From positions 64,001 to 128,000 of IMG/VR virus record IMGVR_UViG_2617270876_000003: DNA of 64,000 nucleotides, one strand, 5' to 3'. The first letter of the stretch is position 1. Every line of letters starts with the position of its first letter. The stretch is from a virus (lineage: Duplodnaviria; Caudoviricetes). The notes under the pieces were generated by a model, which was given only the letters and a program-made list of their open reading frames with translations, did not search any database and had not been told where the DNA came from. The translations under genes were made by a program, and so were the position numbers. This document shows, in pieces, positions 50,164 to 59,734 of the stretch.

Positions 50164-50503
50164 CTACTCAATATATGAGTCAATAATCTCAATTTCTTCA
50201 TCCGTCTGCTCATCGCCAACATAAATAATATGTACTTTCTTATTAATATATTGTTGTTTAAGTTGTTTTGTTAGTGTCTTATTTTCTTTCTTTGTGGCTA
50301 CTCTTACAACATCAAGTGTCCAGAATCCACCTTGTTTGTCTCTGTTCGTCTCGGCAATGTAGTAGCCGCTCTCTGCTTGATAATATAGTTTTGTAATTGT
50401 GGCGTGCGATTTCGTGTTTAACTGGCGCTGCGGACGTTGTGGACGGCGTAGAGATGACGACAAGGGAAAGGACAGTGATAATAGTAAGAATGATTTTTTT
50501 CAT
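50164..50503 (-). pseudogene. secreted protein split by a +1 frameshift near 50407
   Basis: Signal peptide MKKIILTIITVLSLVVISTPSTTSAAPVKHEI in one frame continues as HATITKLYYQAESG...IIDSYIE* in the next frame. Confidence 0.65.
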
Positions 50504-50586
50504 GGGTAAAACCTCCATATATTTTTATATTTTTAATTATATTTTATATATTTATTTTTATCAAATAAAGTTTTGCTTTCCCCAGT

Positions 50587-51909
50587 TTAAACGTGTGTAA
50601 CCGTTACAAGATTAAATTTAACTAATTCATGTTTCAATATTTCTTCTATATCTTCAAACTTCCAATATGGAATTCGTAAAAGTGGTATATTATTATTATT
50701 ACAGAATTCATTTTTTATTTCGTCATTGTTTCGAGTGTTCATAAATGCCTTTTCACCAAAAATTGGTCTATAGTGCTGTTCTCCATCATATTCAATCAAC
50801 ATGTTAATATCTTGACTTCTCGAAAATACTACAAAATCAAAAGGTAATCTCCTTATATTTTTACATTCTTTAATTCTAAATTGTGTTTTGAAATTAATCT
50901 TCAAATCTGTTAATAATTTTGATATTTGCAATTCTCCTTTGGATTGTATGCATTTCGGGCATCTCTTACCGTTTTTAAAATTACCAAAAGAAGTATAGTA
51001 TACATGATTTTTGTCGCATTGAATTTTCAATTTCTGTGAATTGTTTTTATAGCTCTCTGATAGTAGTCGATAACCTGTATTTGATTTCCCTTCTATATAT
51101 TCTTTTACGTATTTATATTCTAACGGAACTGTACCCATACATATTTTACATCTATGTCCATTGAGAAAATGTATAAACTTCATCTCAACTATATGCCCTT
51201 TTGGGCATTGGACAATTACTTTTTTTGCACTTGTTTCATACGTAGACATTAAGATGTATCCTGCTTTGTTTATTATTAACTCTGCTTCTTCTTGACTTCT
51301 CCTGAGATTATCACTAGCCGTTGCCTTTGAGCATTTGGGACAGTGAGGCCCGTTAAGAATAGTTGACGGAGATGCTTTCCATTCATAACCACATATTTTA
51401 TGTTTGGTTAAAATTGGTGTTTTGCGATTAATATATGTTTCTAAGATTTCATATTCAGTTCCCTTGTTTAAATTTTCGACTTCTTTTAGATAGGAATTAT
51501 GGGTTTTCTTGGGGGTACTAAAACAATATGAACACCTATGTCCATTTAAAAAATTGTTTGGCTTTACTTTATAAATATTTCCGCAATTAACATGTTTCAT
51601 TAAAATGTGTTTATTCGATAACTCATAATCACTTTCTAAAACATATTCATTTCCCACCAAATCATAAATTTCTTTAACAAATTGAGCATGTTCCTTCCTT
51701 GTTTTTTCTTGCAACTTAAATTTTGTACAATTATTACATCGTTGTTTATTTTGGTCTCTGAAATGATTAAAGGTTGTTATAAATATATTGCCGCACTTAC
51801 ACTTAATAGTCAGTTTTTCACGATTATTACTATATTCAGTATTTATCAATACACAGGATTGTTCGTTAATGTATTTACTTACCTCTTCGTAAGTCAATTT
51901 TTTTGTCAT
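50587..51909 (-). CDS. zinc-ribbon-repeat protein with a C-terminal PD-(D/E)XK/Vsr-like nuclease (homing-endonuclease-like)
   Basis: About five C..GH/C..C repeats, then SKGE, LPFDF, IEYDGEQH and KN.FC..NNI.LLRIPYW. Confidence 0.85.
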   Translation of the reverse strand: MTKKLTYEEVSKYINEQSCVLINTEYSNNREKLTIKCKCGNIFITTFNHFRDQNKQRCNNCTKFKLQEKTRKEHAQFVKEIYDLVGNEYVLESDYELSNKHILMKHVNCGNIYKVKPNNFLNGHRCSYCFSTPKKTHNSYLKEVENLNKGTEYEILETYINRKTPILTKHKICGYEWKASPSTILNGPHCPKCSKATASDNLRRSQEEAELIINKAGYILMSTYETSAKKVIVQCPKGHIVEMKFIHFLNGHRCKICMGTVPLEYKYVKEYIEGKSNTGYRLLSESYKNNSQKLKIQCDKNHVYYTSFGNFKNGKRCPKCIQSKGELQISKLLTDLKINFKTQFRIKECKNIRRLPFDFVVFSRSQDINMLIEYDGEQHYRPIFGEKAFMNTRNNDEIKNEFCNNNNIPLLRIPYWKFEDIEEILKHELVKFNLVTVTHV

Positions 51910-51919
51910 AGTTTCTCCT

Positions 51920-54900
51920 TCAAGAAATATTTTGCTCTCCCCATGTTAAGCGTACAGATCCATTTTCATCATATTCTTTTGTAATAATACTACTAAATAT
52001 ATCTAAACTTATCCCAAATTCTCCGAATATCTCAGCATCCTCCTTATATTCACACTGTTTAACAAATTCATTGATCCGTTGTTTGGACATCAACAAAGCC
52101 AGAATATTCTGCTCCAAGGTATTTAAATAAGTTACAAAGTGGATCATTGTTTTATTCTTGCTGTTAAGTCTCGTAAAACGGCCTATATACTGCATCATAT
52201 TCGCAATGTTATATTGTAGACCCTCGCATATTACAACGTCACAAGAAGGGATATTGACGCTCTCAGAGAGACTCATCTGTGTAGAAATGAGCAATCCGTT
52301 TTCTGTTGCTTCAAATTCTTTTATAATCTCTTGACGCTTTTTAAATGGAGTTTCGCCTAATATCAAAAATATAGGTCGCTCTTTAAACTCAGTTCTTAAT
52401 TTATTGTAATAATAAGTTGCCGAATCAATAAATGTTGTTCCGATTGCTACTTTATCGCTATTTGCACTGTTAATAATTTTTACTATTTTTTTATATTTAT
52501 TCGGCTCCACCTTACCATCATATTCCTTCAATTTATGCGGAATAGAAACAGCTTTTTGTAGCAATTGTATCTGTTGAATAATTCTCAACATTGCATCGCG
52601 TCTATAGTTGCCAGACGTTCCATAATAGCCCCTAACAATGGAGTGGAACTCTTCCATAATTAATCTATATACTTCTTGTTCATTGTCATTCTGGCTTATT
52701 CTATGCGTCTTAAACTCGACCACATCTTTAGTCATGACATCAAACATGCTACGGACAATAATAGTTTTTTCAATAAGTTTAACAAGTTTGCTCGAATTCA
52801 TAATGTCTTGATTTCCTTTTTGAATTCCAAACACAGAAGTTTTTTTAGGAGAGAAACAAGAAGAAAAAACGCTTTGTTTGTATGCAGGAAAAGGATGTTT
52901 ATAATATTTATTATGTTCCTCTTTCCACTCTCCTGTTTTTTTATCCTCGGATAAAACAGTTTCACATTCACAAATACAATTTATGCTGCTACCGTAAAGG
53001 ATCATGAATTGTGAATACAATTCGTTAGCTGTATTTTTAGTTGGCGTTCCCGACATTAATAATTTATATGGTACTTTTTGAAATACATTGATGGTCGCCT
53101 TTGTTGTTTTTGTGTTTGGGTATATGCAGCGGTGACTCTCATCTAAAATGAAAGCAATTTTTCTGCCCTGCATCTTTATATATTTTTTGATATTTTTTTG
53201 ATATTTAACTAACATATTAAAAGATATTAAAACTATATCGTCAGGCTGAATATTGTGAATGTCTGATAATGTTTCTATTTTTTTATATGGAAGGTCATAG
53301 GATTCTAATCTATCCGTCCATGTCATTTTAATTGAAATACTGGAAGATACAATAAACGTATTTCTTATGCTATTATTTTCAATGAAATACTTCATCCACG
53401 TTATTCCTGCTTCTGTCTTTCCCAGTCCAACATTCCAAGCAAGCAAAGCCCGATCCTTTTGTAATATCTTTTGTATATCTTCTTTCTGAAAATTTTTAAG
53501 TTTTATAAATTGTTTTGAATTTTTATTATATAGCGTGAAGGCTTCAAGCCAGTCTGATATATATTCATTCTGTCCTATCTCCTTAAATGGCTTGCTTTGC
53601 TGAGTATGTGCTTTAATTTTTTTATTGAGTAGTTTTCTATATGTTTGATCTTCAAACGGGTATTCACCTTTTAAAATCATGTCATTAAAACTAACCTCTT
53701 TAACTCCAGTAAACTTCGATAAGTATATTTTATTTTTGTGTGAGTATCCTTTTAGTTTTAGACTGTTAGATTTCTTGACCAATTTAATACAATCATGCTC
53801 TACTCTGTGTTGATTTTTTAGTATTTTCTTCAACTTTGAAATAATCATATTCGGCGTTAACTTAGCATTAGACCATTCTTCCGCAGACATTCCCTCCGGT
53901 TTTACCTGAATTTTATATCTATGTAACATTTCACTACATTTTGCATAATGAATGCACGTTTTTTGATTTCTTTTAATGTCGAACAAAAGTTTATTAACTT
54001 TGAACTGAAAATCCTGCTCTTCTTTGGTATTACTATTTGCTGCTGCAATCTCATAAAATAGTTTCGCTTTTAATGTTTCCTTTTGTTGCATAACTGGTGC
54101 TATGTATTGAGTATGATATTTATCGGCTATCTCAGCAGAAAACTCACTAATTAATATTCCTTTATTACTGTACGGAATATCTGTTAAATGCCCACTTTTG
54201 CGCTGAAAGAATAATATTTTAGTTTTAAAATTATTTACTCCAACGTTTTTAAATACATCGCTAGGTAAATTTAATTGTAATAAAAAGTTAAATTTATCAT
54301 TAATCATTTCTATATCTATCTTGTTTGAAAATTCATCGGCAAGAAAAGTGTCTGGAACAATGATGCAAAATAGAGAGGAGGGTTTTAAGAGTTCGGCAGA
54401 TTTTAAACAGTAGTACATCTGACTTGTTACTTTCTTATTATCCCATTTGAAGCCCTCTATATTATACGGAGGATTTCCACAAATTAAATCGAAACGGGTT
54501 AATGGTGTATATTCCCGAATATCGCCTAACGTTGCGTTAACTTTAGGATATAAAAATTTTTGAACTTTGAAAGATTTAATGTCAATCTCATTTGTATAAA
54601 CATTCTCATGACACGGCAACCAGTTTAAAAAAGCACCATGACCCGCTGTAAAGTCTCCAATTATGTCGTGAATGGACGGTTTGAGCATCAAAGATAGGAA
54701 ACGGGTTAATTCATAAGGTGTATAAAATTGTCCATTTTCTATTTCACGTTTTGCGGAAGAAAATTCATGGAAGTTGGCATAATCACTAAAAGATAGCCCA
54801 TGTAAACCACCATCTCCAGAATAACATAAAAACACATGATTTTTAGAGATTCCATGCTTTTCTGTCAGATTGTTATCGATCAAATAAAGCACTTTTTCAT

Positions 54901-54961
54901 TTATTTCCTTTCTTTTATTTTGAGGAATAATAACGTTATTTAATTCATACATAATTGTCAC
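51920..54961 (-). CDS. N6-adenine methyltransferase-SNF2 helicase fusion (DarB-like)
   Basis: GQFYTP, DFTAGHGAF and GNPPY, then W.VGLGKT, ILDESH, MSGTP..N, SESVNIP and Q.IGRFTR. Confidence 0.88.
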   Translation of the reverse strand: MTIMYELNNVIIPQNKRKEINEKVLYLIDNNLTEKHGISKNHVFLCYSGDGGLHGLSFSDYANFHEFSSAKREIENGQFYTPYELTRFLSLMLKPSIHDIIGDFTAGHGAFLNWLPCHENVYTNEIDIKSFKVQKFLYPKVNATLGDIREYTPLTRFDLICGNPPYNIEGFKWDNKKVTSQMYYCLKSAELLKPSSLFCIIVPDTFLADEFSNKIDIEMINDKFNFLLQLNLPSDVFKNVGVNNFKTKILFFQRKSGHLTDIPYSNKGILISEFSAEIADKYHTQYIAPVMQQKETLKAKLFYEIAAANSNTKEEQDFQFKVNKLLFDIKRNQKTCIHYAKCSEMLHRYKIQVKPEGMSAEEWSNAKLTPNMIISKLKKILKNQHRVEHDCIKLVKKSNSLKLKGYSHKNKIYLSKFTGVKEVSFNDMILKGEYPFEDQTYRKLLNKKIKAHTQQSKPFKEIGQNEYISDWLEAFTLYNKNSKQFIKLKNFQKEDIQKILQKDRALLAWNVGLGKTEAGITWMKYFIENNSIRNTFIVSSSISIKMTWTDRLESYDLPYKKIETLSDIHNIQPDDIVLISFNMLVKYQKNIKKYIKMQGRKIAFILDESHRCIYPNTKTTKATINVFQKVPYKLLMSGTPTKNTANELYSQFMILYGSSINCICECETVLSEDKKTGEWKEEHNKYYKHPFPAYKQSVFSSCFSPKKTSVFGIQKGNQDIMNSSKLVKLIEKTIIVRSMFDVMTKDVVEFKTHRISQNDNEQEVYRLIMEEFHSIVRGYYGTSGNYRRDAMLRIIQQIQLLQKAVSIPHKLKEYDGKVEPNKYKKIVKIINSANSDKVAIGTTFIDSATYYYNKLRTEFKERPIFLILGETPFKKRQEIIKEFEATENGLLISTQMSLSESVNIPSCDVVICEGLQYNIANMMQYIGRFTRLNSKNKTMIHFVTYLNTLEQNILALLMSKQRINEFVKQCEYKEDAEIFGEFGISLDIFSSIITKEYDENGSVRLTWGEQNIS

Positions 54962-55842
54962 TCCTCATTTCCTTGATATCTAAACTCACCAAAATATTTA
55001 ATTTCTGCCTCTTTTCTTGTTGAAAAAGCATCTTCAAAATTATTGAATGTTCCTAAATGTATGTATTTTTTATTTATATGTATTCCAGCGATGTATTTAC
55101 CATTTTCATATTGTTTGATGCCTGAAATATTTAAACTTTCATTTTTCGGCGTTCTATTTCTTGTATTATCTGCCACAGTGCAGATTCTAATATTGGCCCT
55201 TCTATTATCACAAGGAGTATTATTTTTATGATCAACAATATCATTATTTTTTGCATTTAAAAGTAAACGGTGTAAAGATATTGTCCTAACATTTCCTAAT
55301 TCGTCAGTTTCTCTACTTCTCACATACCCGTTATCATCCATACACCAACTATATTTACTTATCAACTCAAAATCTTCTACATTAAAATAAAATTCCCATC
55401 CCTTAGAAGTCATTCCAACAAAGTAAGTATCACATTCAAAGAACTTATTTATTGATTCTTTATTTTTACATCCACAATGGGTTATTTGTCTACCATCTTT
55501 TCTTTTTAAGTCATTTCTAGGAACAATTTTATCTCCTCCGCAATCACATTGACATAACCATGTCGAAGTATGCCCACTCAATCCCACTCTTTGAACAACA
55601 ACCAAATTCCCAAATCGTTTCCCCGTTAAATCCTTCAACTTCTTCATGTTTCGATTGCATCCACAACTCTTTGATAAACCTCTGACGAGATAAGTTTCAG
55701 GTACAAGTTTTTTAGTTCTATGGCATTCAGTGCAGACGCACAACCATTGTTTTAAATTTGTTTTTTCTTTTTTGGGTCCTTGTTCTAATACAAACCATTT
55801 TCCAAACTTTTCACCAATTAAATCATCTATTTTTTTCTCCAC
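54958..55842 (-). CDS. HNH/AP2 homing endonuclease
   Basis: Two DL.G.KFG...WLC.C.CG...SCGC repeats, LHR...VDHKN....DNRR.N.R and HLGTF..FEDA...RKEAE.KYFGEF. Confidence 0.9.
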   Translation of the reverse strand: MEKKIDDLIGEKFGKWFVLEQGPKKEKTNLKQWLCVCTECHRTKKLVPETYLVRGLSKSCGCNRNMKKLKDLTGKRFGNLVVVQRVGLSGHTSTWLCQCDCGGDKIVPRNDLKRKDGRQITHCGCKNKESINKFFECDTYFVGMTSKGWEFYFNVEDFELISKYSWCMDDNGYVRSRETDELGNVRTISLHRLLLNAKNNDIVDHKNNTPCDNRRANIRICTVADNTRNRTPKNESLNISGIKQYENGKYIAGIHINKKYIHLGTFNNFEDAFSTRKEAEIKYFGEFRYQGNEE

Positions 55843-55925
55843 AAATTCCCTCCTTTTTTTTGCTGTTCTATCAATTATATTATTTCAGCCAGCAAAAAGT
55901 GCTGGCTGTTATACGGTCTTTTAGT

Positions 55926-58127
55926 CTATGCAGATTGTTGATTATATCCGCAATATTCATTTGCAAACTTGGATGCAACTTGATTGGATAAAAATTCAAT
56001 TTCCATTTTACCGTTCTTTAAAAATTTAATTGTTTTTACCTTGCTTAACGTCTGCACTTCGTATTTATCATAATTATCTTTACTTCTTTCGTTGTTATAT
56101 CCGAAATATTTATTTGACAACTCTTCTTTAACATTTGTGTTGCCGTCTTCAAAATGTGATAGTGCCATTAAAATGGACTCATGCTTTCCGGTTAACCTAT
56201 ACTCTTTCCAGATTGAATCATGATAGGCAAAATGTCCGTCTAAGATCAATTTATTGTTACGTATAGTTATTTTGTCATTACTATAAAAAATGTCTTTTGC
56301 TTTGCTTTTTATCTCCTGTTCTGCTTTTTCCGTAAAGTTGAACCCGTCAAGTTGAATAAAAATCTCATCAATAATGTTATTATAGGTGATATCCTCCCCA
56401 TATTTATTTTTAACTTTATCCTCATCAATAGTAATGTTGTATTTTCTTTCAAAATAAGAGCAAACATACATAATAAATGCATTTTTTATATCACTAATAG
56501 CTTTTTCATAATCATGCTTGCTCATGCTGTAATAAAACGCCGTATTTTGAGCGTGAAAGTAATTCTCTGTTTTTTTACCGAATTTTTGCCCATGCTCTTT
56601 ATCTAAAATCGCAATTATCTGAAGTTGTGCATTAAATGTTTTATATGCCGCAATAGTCTTTTTATAAATTTCCTCTTGTTCATTGCAGAATTCCAGATCC
56701 TCGTTAGAAATTTTTTGCTCTGCTGTTATAGTGATGTTGTCAAACTTACTGAAAATATCATCATATGTATTAACCATTCCCTCAACCTCTTTCCCTTCTG
56801 TTTCTGTTGTTTCAGTTTGACTAAAGTTATAATGTATTACGTTGTCTTGCGCCTCTGTATTGCCTCCTGTTGCGGTTTGTTCTGGTTCTACCTCCTCTAT
56901 GCTGTCTACACTGTTATTGCCATTAATAAGACTCTGAGCGAATGCCAAACGTTCTTCTGTTTGTTTCGCCCACCATTTTCCTCCATAAGAAGACCAACGG
57001 AAACCATTTTCTTTTAATGATGTAATAATATCGCTAGAAGGTTTTCCGTTAAACTTTAATTCAATGCCGTTTTTCTCTTCGTTGATTGTAAGTGTAACCT
57101 CATTGCTGTTGTCGCTACCCCTATGTGCGCTTTCTGTTTCTTGGCTTGCTGTTGCTTCGGGTGTCTCAATCTGTGGAGCATTTGAAACAGTTTGTTTACG
57201 TGCTGTTTTCTTGAATACAGTCTTTTCTACATATTGCGTAACCTCTATAAACTCGATTACAGCAATGTGGCCTTTACTCAACAATTCATTAATACGGGTA
57301 ACAGATAAACTCCACATCTTATCGAAACTTTTAGATGGCTTATTGTTTTTGCCAAGCTTAGAGAACACACCGTTATTGATATATGTATATTTATTTCCTT
57401 TGCTTTTTCCGTGTGTATATCCAACTTTCATTACAATAGTGAAACCTTCTTTAATGTCTGCATCTGTTACGGCTGTGACGGCTTTTTCTACGGTTTGAAT
57501 GGTTTTAACGGGAACCTTGATAACTTCGGCCTGTAATGCGTCCGAATCGCTCAAAACCTTTTCTACGCGGCTAACAAATGCTGTGATTTTTTCCTCTTTC
57601 TGTTCTGCTGCTGTTTTCTCTTTATTTTCCCAATCATATGTATTAGTAGAAAATACTCCTTTACCTTTCGCAATAATCTGACCATCCTTTTCAATATGCC
57701 AGCTAGTACCTTTTGGATTAGCATGTGAAAAAGTTGGGTAAACCTCTTTAACCGTATACTCTGGTTCAACTCCTGCTTTCTCTTTTTCTTTTTCAATAAG
57801 TACAGCACAAGAAGCTTTTTCATTTTCAGTGCTTGCTGCATCGTTCATCATTGCGGTTAGTTTAGTGATACGTTCATTTGATACGGTTCTCTTGCTATTA
57901 TAAATATATTCTCTTTCTTCTTTACCAGAAAGAGAAAGATTATAATTACAAATGTCAATTAACAATACATAACCATTTTTAGTTGCTATGCCAGACCAAT
58001 CAGCAGGGTGATAATAATCAGTCATAGAGTCTGATTGATCAGGAGAATAACCAAATGCTTTCCAGCCACTTTCAACCAATTTATGCATGATTCTAACCTT
58101 TGCTTCTCTTTTATCACCGTAGTACAT
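55926..58127 (-). CDS. large polyvalent-type protein with a DUF4942-like C-terminus
   Basis: SDSMTDYY N-terminus, NEEKNGIELKF..KP......LK.NGFRWS....WWAKQ domain and KTIKFLKNGKMEIEF C-terminus, upstream of the MTase-helicase. Confidence 0.7.
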   Translation of the reverse strand: MYYGDKREAKVRIMHKLVESGWKAFGYSPDQSDSMTDYYHPADWSGIATKNGYVLLIDICNYNLSLSGKEEREYIYNSKRTVSNERITKLTAMMNDAASTENEKASCAVLIEKEKEKAGVEPEYTVKEVYPTFSHANPKGTSWHIEKDGQIIAKGKGVFSTNTYDWENKEKTAAEQKEEKITAFVSRVEKVLSDSDALQAEVIKVPVKTIQTVEKAVTAVTDADIKEGFTIVMKVGYTHGKSKGNKYTYINNGVFSKLGKNNKPSKSFDKMWSLSVTRINELLSKGHIAVIEFIEVTQYVEKTVFKKTARKQTVSNAPQIETPEATASQETESAHRGSDNSNEVTLTINEEKNGIELKFNGKPSSDIITSLKENGFRWSSYGGKWWAKQTEERLAFAQSLINGNNSVDSIEEVEPEQTATGGNTEAQDNVIHYNFSQTETTETEGKEVEGMVNTYDDIFSKFDNITITAEQKISNEDLEFCNEQEEIYKKTIAAYKTFNAQLQIIAILDKEHGQKFGKKTENYFHAQNTAFYYSMSKHDYEKAISDIKNAFIMYVCSYFERKYNITIDEDKVKNKYGEDITYNNIIDEIFIQLDGFNFTEKAEQEIKSKAKDIFYSNDKITIRNNKLILDGHFAYHDSIWKEYRLTGKHESILMALSHFEDGNTNVKEELSNKYFGYNNERSKDNYDKYEVQTLSKVKTIKFLKNGKMEIEFLSNQVASKFANEYCGYNQQSA

Positions 58128-58183
58128 TTTAAAACCTCCATAATATGTATTTAGTAACCGTGTCCCTCATTTGCTTATAATTT

Positions 58184-58228
58184 ATTATAGCATGGTTTAT
58201 ATTGTATGTCTATTTATTTTTACTTTAT
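58184..58228 (-). promoter_or_regulatory. promoter with ATAAAGTAAAAATA box
   Basis: ATAAAGTAAAAATAAA-TAGACA-17 bp-TATAAT with extended TG. Confidence 0.8.
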
Positions 58229-58289
58229 AAACAAAAAAATAAAGCCTTTCGGCTTTGTGTTTTCGCATGAAATCTTGTTTTTATGAGAT

Positions 58290-58646
58290 CTAATAGCAAA
58301 CACTTCTAATATTTAATTGCTTAAAAATATGCATTATCTTATCTACATCAAAACCATTTTCTTCATATTTGACAATCTGTTTTAGCGTTTTTTCTTTTTG
58401 TTTGTTTATGTGTTCAAACATACTAATTTCCGCTTCACTCAATTTATCCCATGCAACACTATTGTTTTCATTACGTGGAGCATAAGCCCAAAAATTATTT
58501 AATTCCTTTTCAAATTGTTCGTATTTTTTATGTATTTTAATTATTTTTACTTCTTCTTTATTAAATCCATCGTATCTCACTTTCTTATCAACTCTTGATG
58601 AAACCTTCTTATATCTTAAATTCTGCTTCTCTTTATTTGCACCCAT
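58290..58646 (-). CDS. hypothetical protein
   Basis: 118 aa, bounded by sites 58267 and 58671. Confidence 0.7.
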   Translation of the reverse strand: MGANKEKQNLRYKKVSSRVDKKVRYDGFNKEEVKIIKIHKKYEQFEKELNNFWAYAPRNENNSVAWDKLSEAEISMFEHINKQKEKTLKQIVKYEENGFDVDKIMHIFKQLNIRSVCY

Positions 58647-58692
58647 AGAAATAAAGCCTCCTTAATTAAGATGAAATATGGTTTTTATCATA

Positions 58693-58959
58693 TTAAATGA
58701 TTGGTTTAATCTTCAGCCAAAACTTACCGTTCAAGTAAATGTCTATGGTTCCATCTTCATTGAATTTGGTATCTTTGGCTTTAGGAATATCAAGCCATGA
58801 ATCATTTCCGTTAACTAGTGTTGTTATTGCATTGGTTTGAACCTTGTTAATTTCTCTTACTTGGCCTCCTGCCATTTCTGGTTTCATTGTGTTTTCAATG
58901 AACTGAATTTGCTTGCCTTTCTCTAACCATTTTTTAAATTGGGACATATTTTTAATCAT
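58693..58959 (-). CDS. hypothetical protein (probable start MIKNMSQ)
   Basis: REINKVQTNAI...SWLD.PKA motif with RBS AAAGGA. Confidence 0.7.
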   Translation of the reverse strand: MIKNMSQFKKWLEKGKQIQFIENTMKPEMAGGQVREINKVQTNAITTLVNGNDSWLDIPKAKDTKFNEDGTIDIYLNGKFWLKIKPII

Positions 58960-59001
58960 GTTAATCAATCCTTTTTGTGTATTTTTATTAATAAAGAACA
59001 A

Positions 59002-59256
59002 TTAAGGCAGCAAAGCTACACATTCTCCAGTTTGAATTGTATGAGCTTTTTGCAAAAATGCTAATGTGTAATCATAACAGCCATCTAGGGCTTCAGCGAT
59101 ACTCTCTTTACGCCATTGTATGTATGACTCTATATCATTTACTTTTACTTCTCCACTTACAACCTCATTAATACATCCCTGTGCATTATCCGCAAACCAT
59201 TCTCTTGCTTTTTGAATTGACTCTGCTGATAGTTCTACTCCTGTAAATCGTGCCAT
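59002..59256 (-). CDS. hypothetical protein (probable start MARFTG)
   Basis: The RBS GGAG follows site 59287. Confidence 0.7.
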   Translation of the reverse strand: MARFTGVELSAESIQKAREWFADNAQGCINEVVSGEVKVNDIESYIQWRKESIAEALDGCYDYTLAFLQKAHTIQTGECVALLP

Positions 59257-59321
59257 ATTATCAACTCCGATTAATATTTTCATCTTATAAAATCCGGTTT
59301 TTATCAAGCTCCTAAGAAAGA

Positions 59322-59651
59322 TTAAGCCGTAAAGCGTCTAACAACCACTTCGCAGTTAATTACTGAAACTTTCTTGTTCGTGTCGTTTTTATTCCATGCA
59401 TTTTCCTGTATATAGTTTTTGTTAATCAGCATGCTTCCAGTTGTTTTAATAGAATCCTCAACTTTCGCAATTGACATTGCATAGCTGACAACAGCATCTT
59501 TCAAAGTATCGTAACCATATTCCCAGGTTTGACCTTTTTCTTTAGAACACCATCCGTATTCTTCTTCTTTCCAAAACTCAACTTGATCGTTTTCCCACCT
59601 CTTTTTATTTTTAACCAGTTCAATATTAGATTTGCAATCAATATAACTCAT
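59322..59651 (-). CDS. hypothetical protein (probable start MSYIDC)
   Basis: The RBS AGGAG follows site 59684. Confidence 0.7.
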   Translation of the reverse strand: MSYIDCKSNIELVKNKKRWENDQVEFWKEEEYGWCSKEKGQTWEYGYDTLKDAVVSYAMSIAKVEDSIKTTGSMLINKNYIQENAWNKNDTNKKVSVINCEVVVRRFTA

Positions 59652-59734
59652 ATGTATCAACTCCTGTGATTGTATTAGTTTTGATAAAATTATCATTTGA
59701 TTGGATTGTCCAGAGGAGTCTCAAGACTCCTCTT

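Larger units (their letters stand above)
26237..50577. repeat. Cluster 2 of 18-bp palindromic junction sites
   Basis: Copies start at 26237, 27725, 28285, 28571, 28880, 29152, 32205, 32836, 33233, 33537, 33808, 34145, 35005, 35625, 36006, 36634, 37222, 37530, 37766, 38710, 38975, 39406, 40336, 40939, 41593, 41916, 42162, 42795, 43005, 43204, 43444, 45118, 45683, 47277, 47663, 47880, 47896, 48773, 49508 and 50560. Examples: 32836 ATGAAA-TCTACA-TTTCAT and 48773 GTAAAA-TCACTC-TTTTAC. Confidence 0.85.
58267..59701. repeat. Cluster 3 of 18-bp palindromic junction sites
   Basis: 58267 ATGAAA-TCTTGT-TTTTAT, 58671 ATGAAA-TATGGT-TTTTAT, 59287 ATAAAA-TCCGGT-TTTTAT and 59684 ATAAAA-TTATCA-TTTGAT. Confidence 0.85.

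Noticed and set aside
50312-50518. Signal-peptide ORF as an arbitrium/Phr-like peptide precursor
   Set aside because: There is no adjacent TPR receptor. It is better explained as the 5' half of a frameshifted secreted protein.
98-59701. Junction repeats as a CRISPR array or as Rho-independent terminators
   Set aside because: The intervening DNA is hundreds of bp of coding sequence and there are no cas genes. The arms are only 6 bp and AT-rich, with no GC stem or U-tract.
98-59701. Classical integron (attC/intI)
   Set aside because: There are no RYYYAAC/GTTRRRY ends or long attC hairpins, and no IntI in the window. Only the organisation is analogous.
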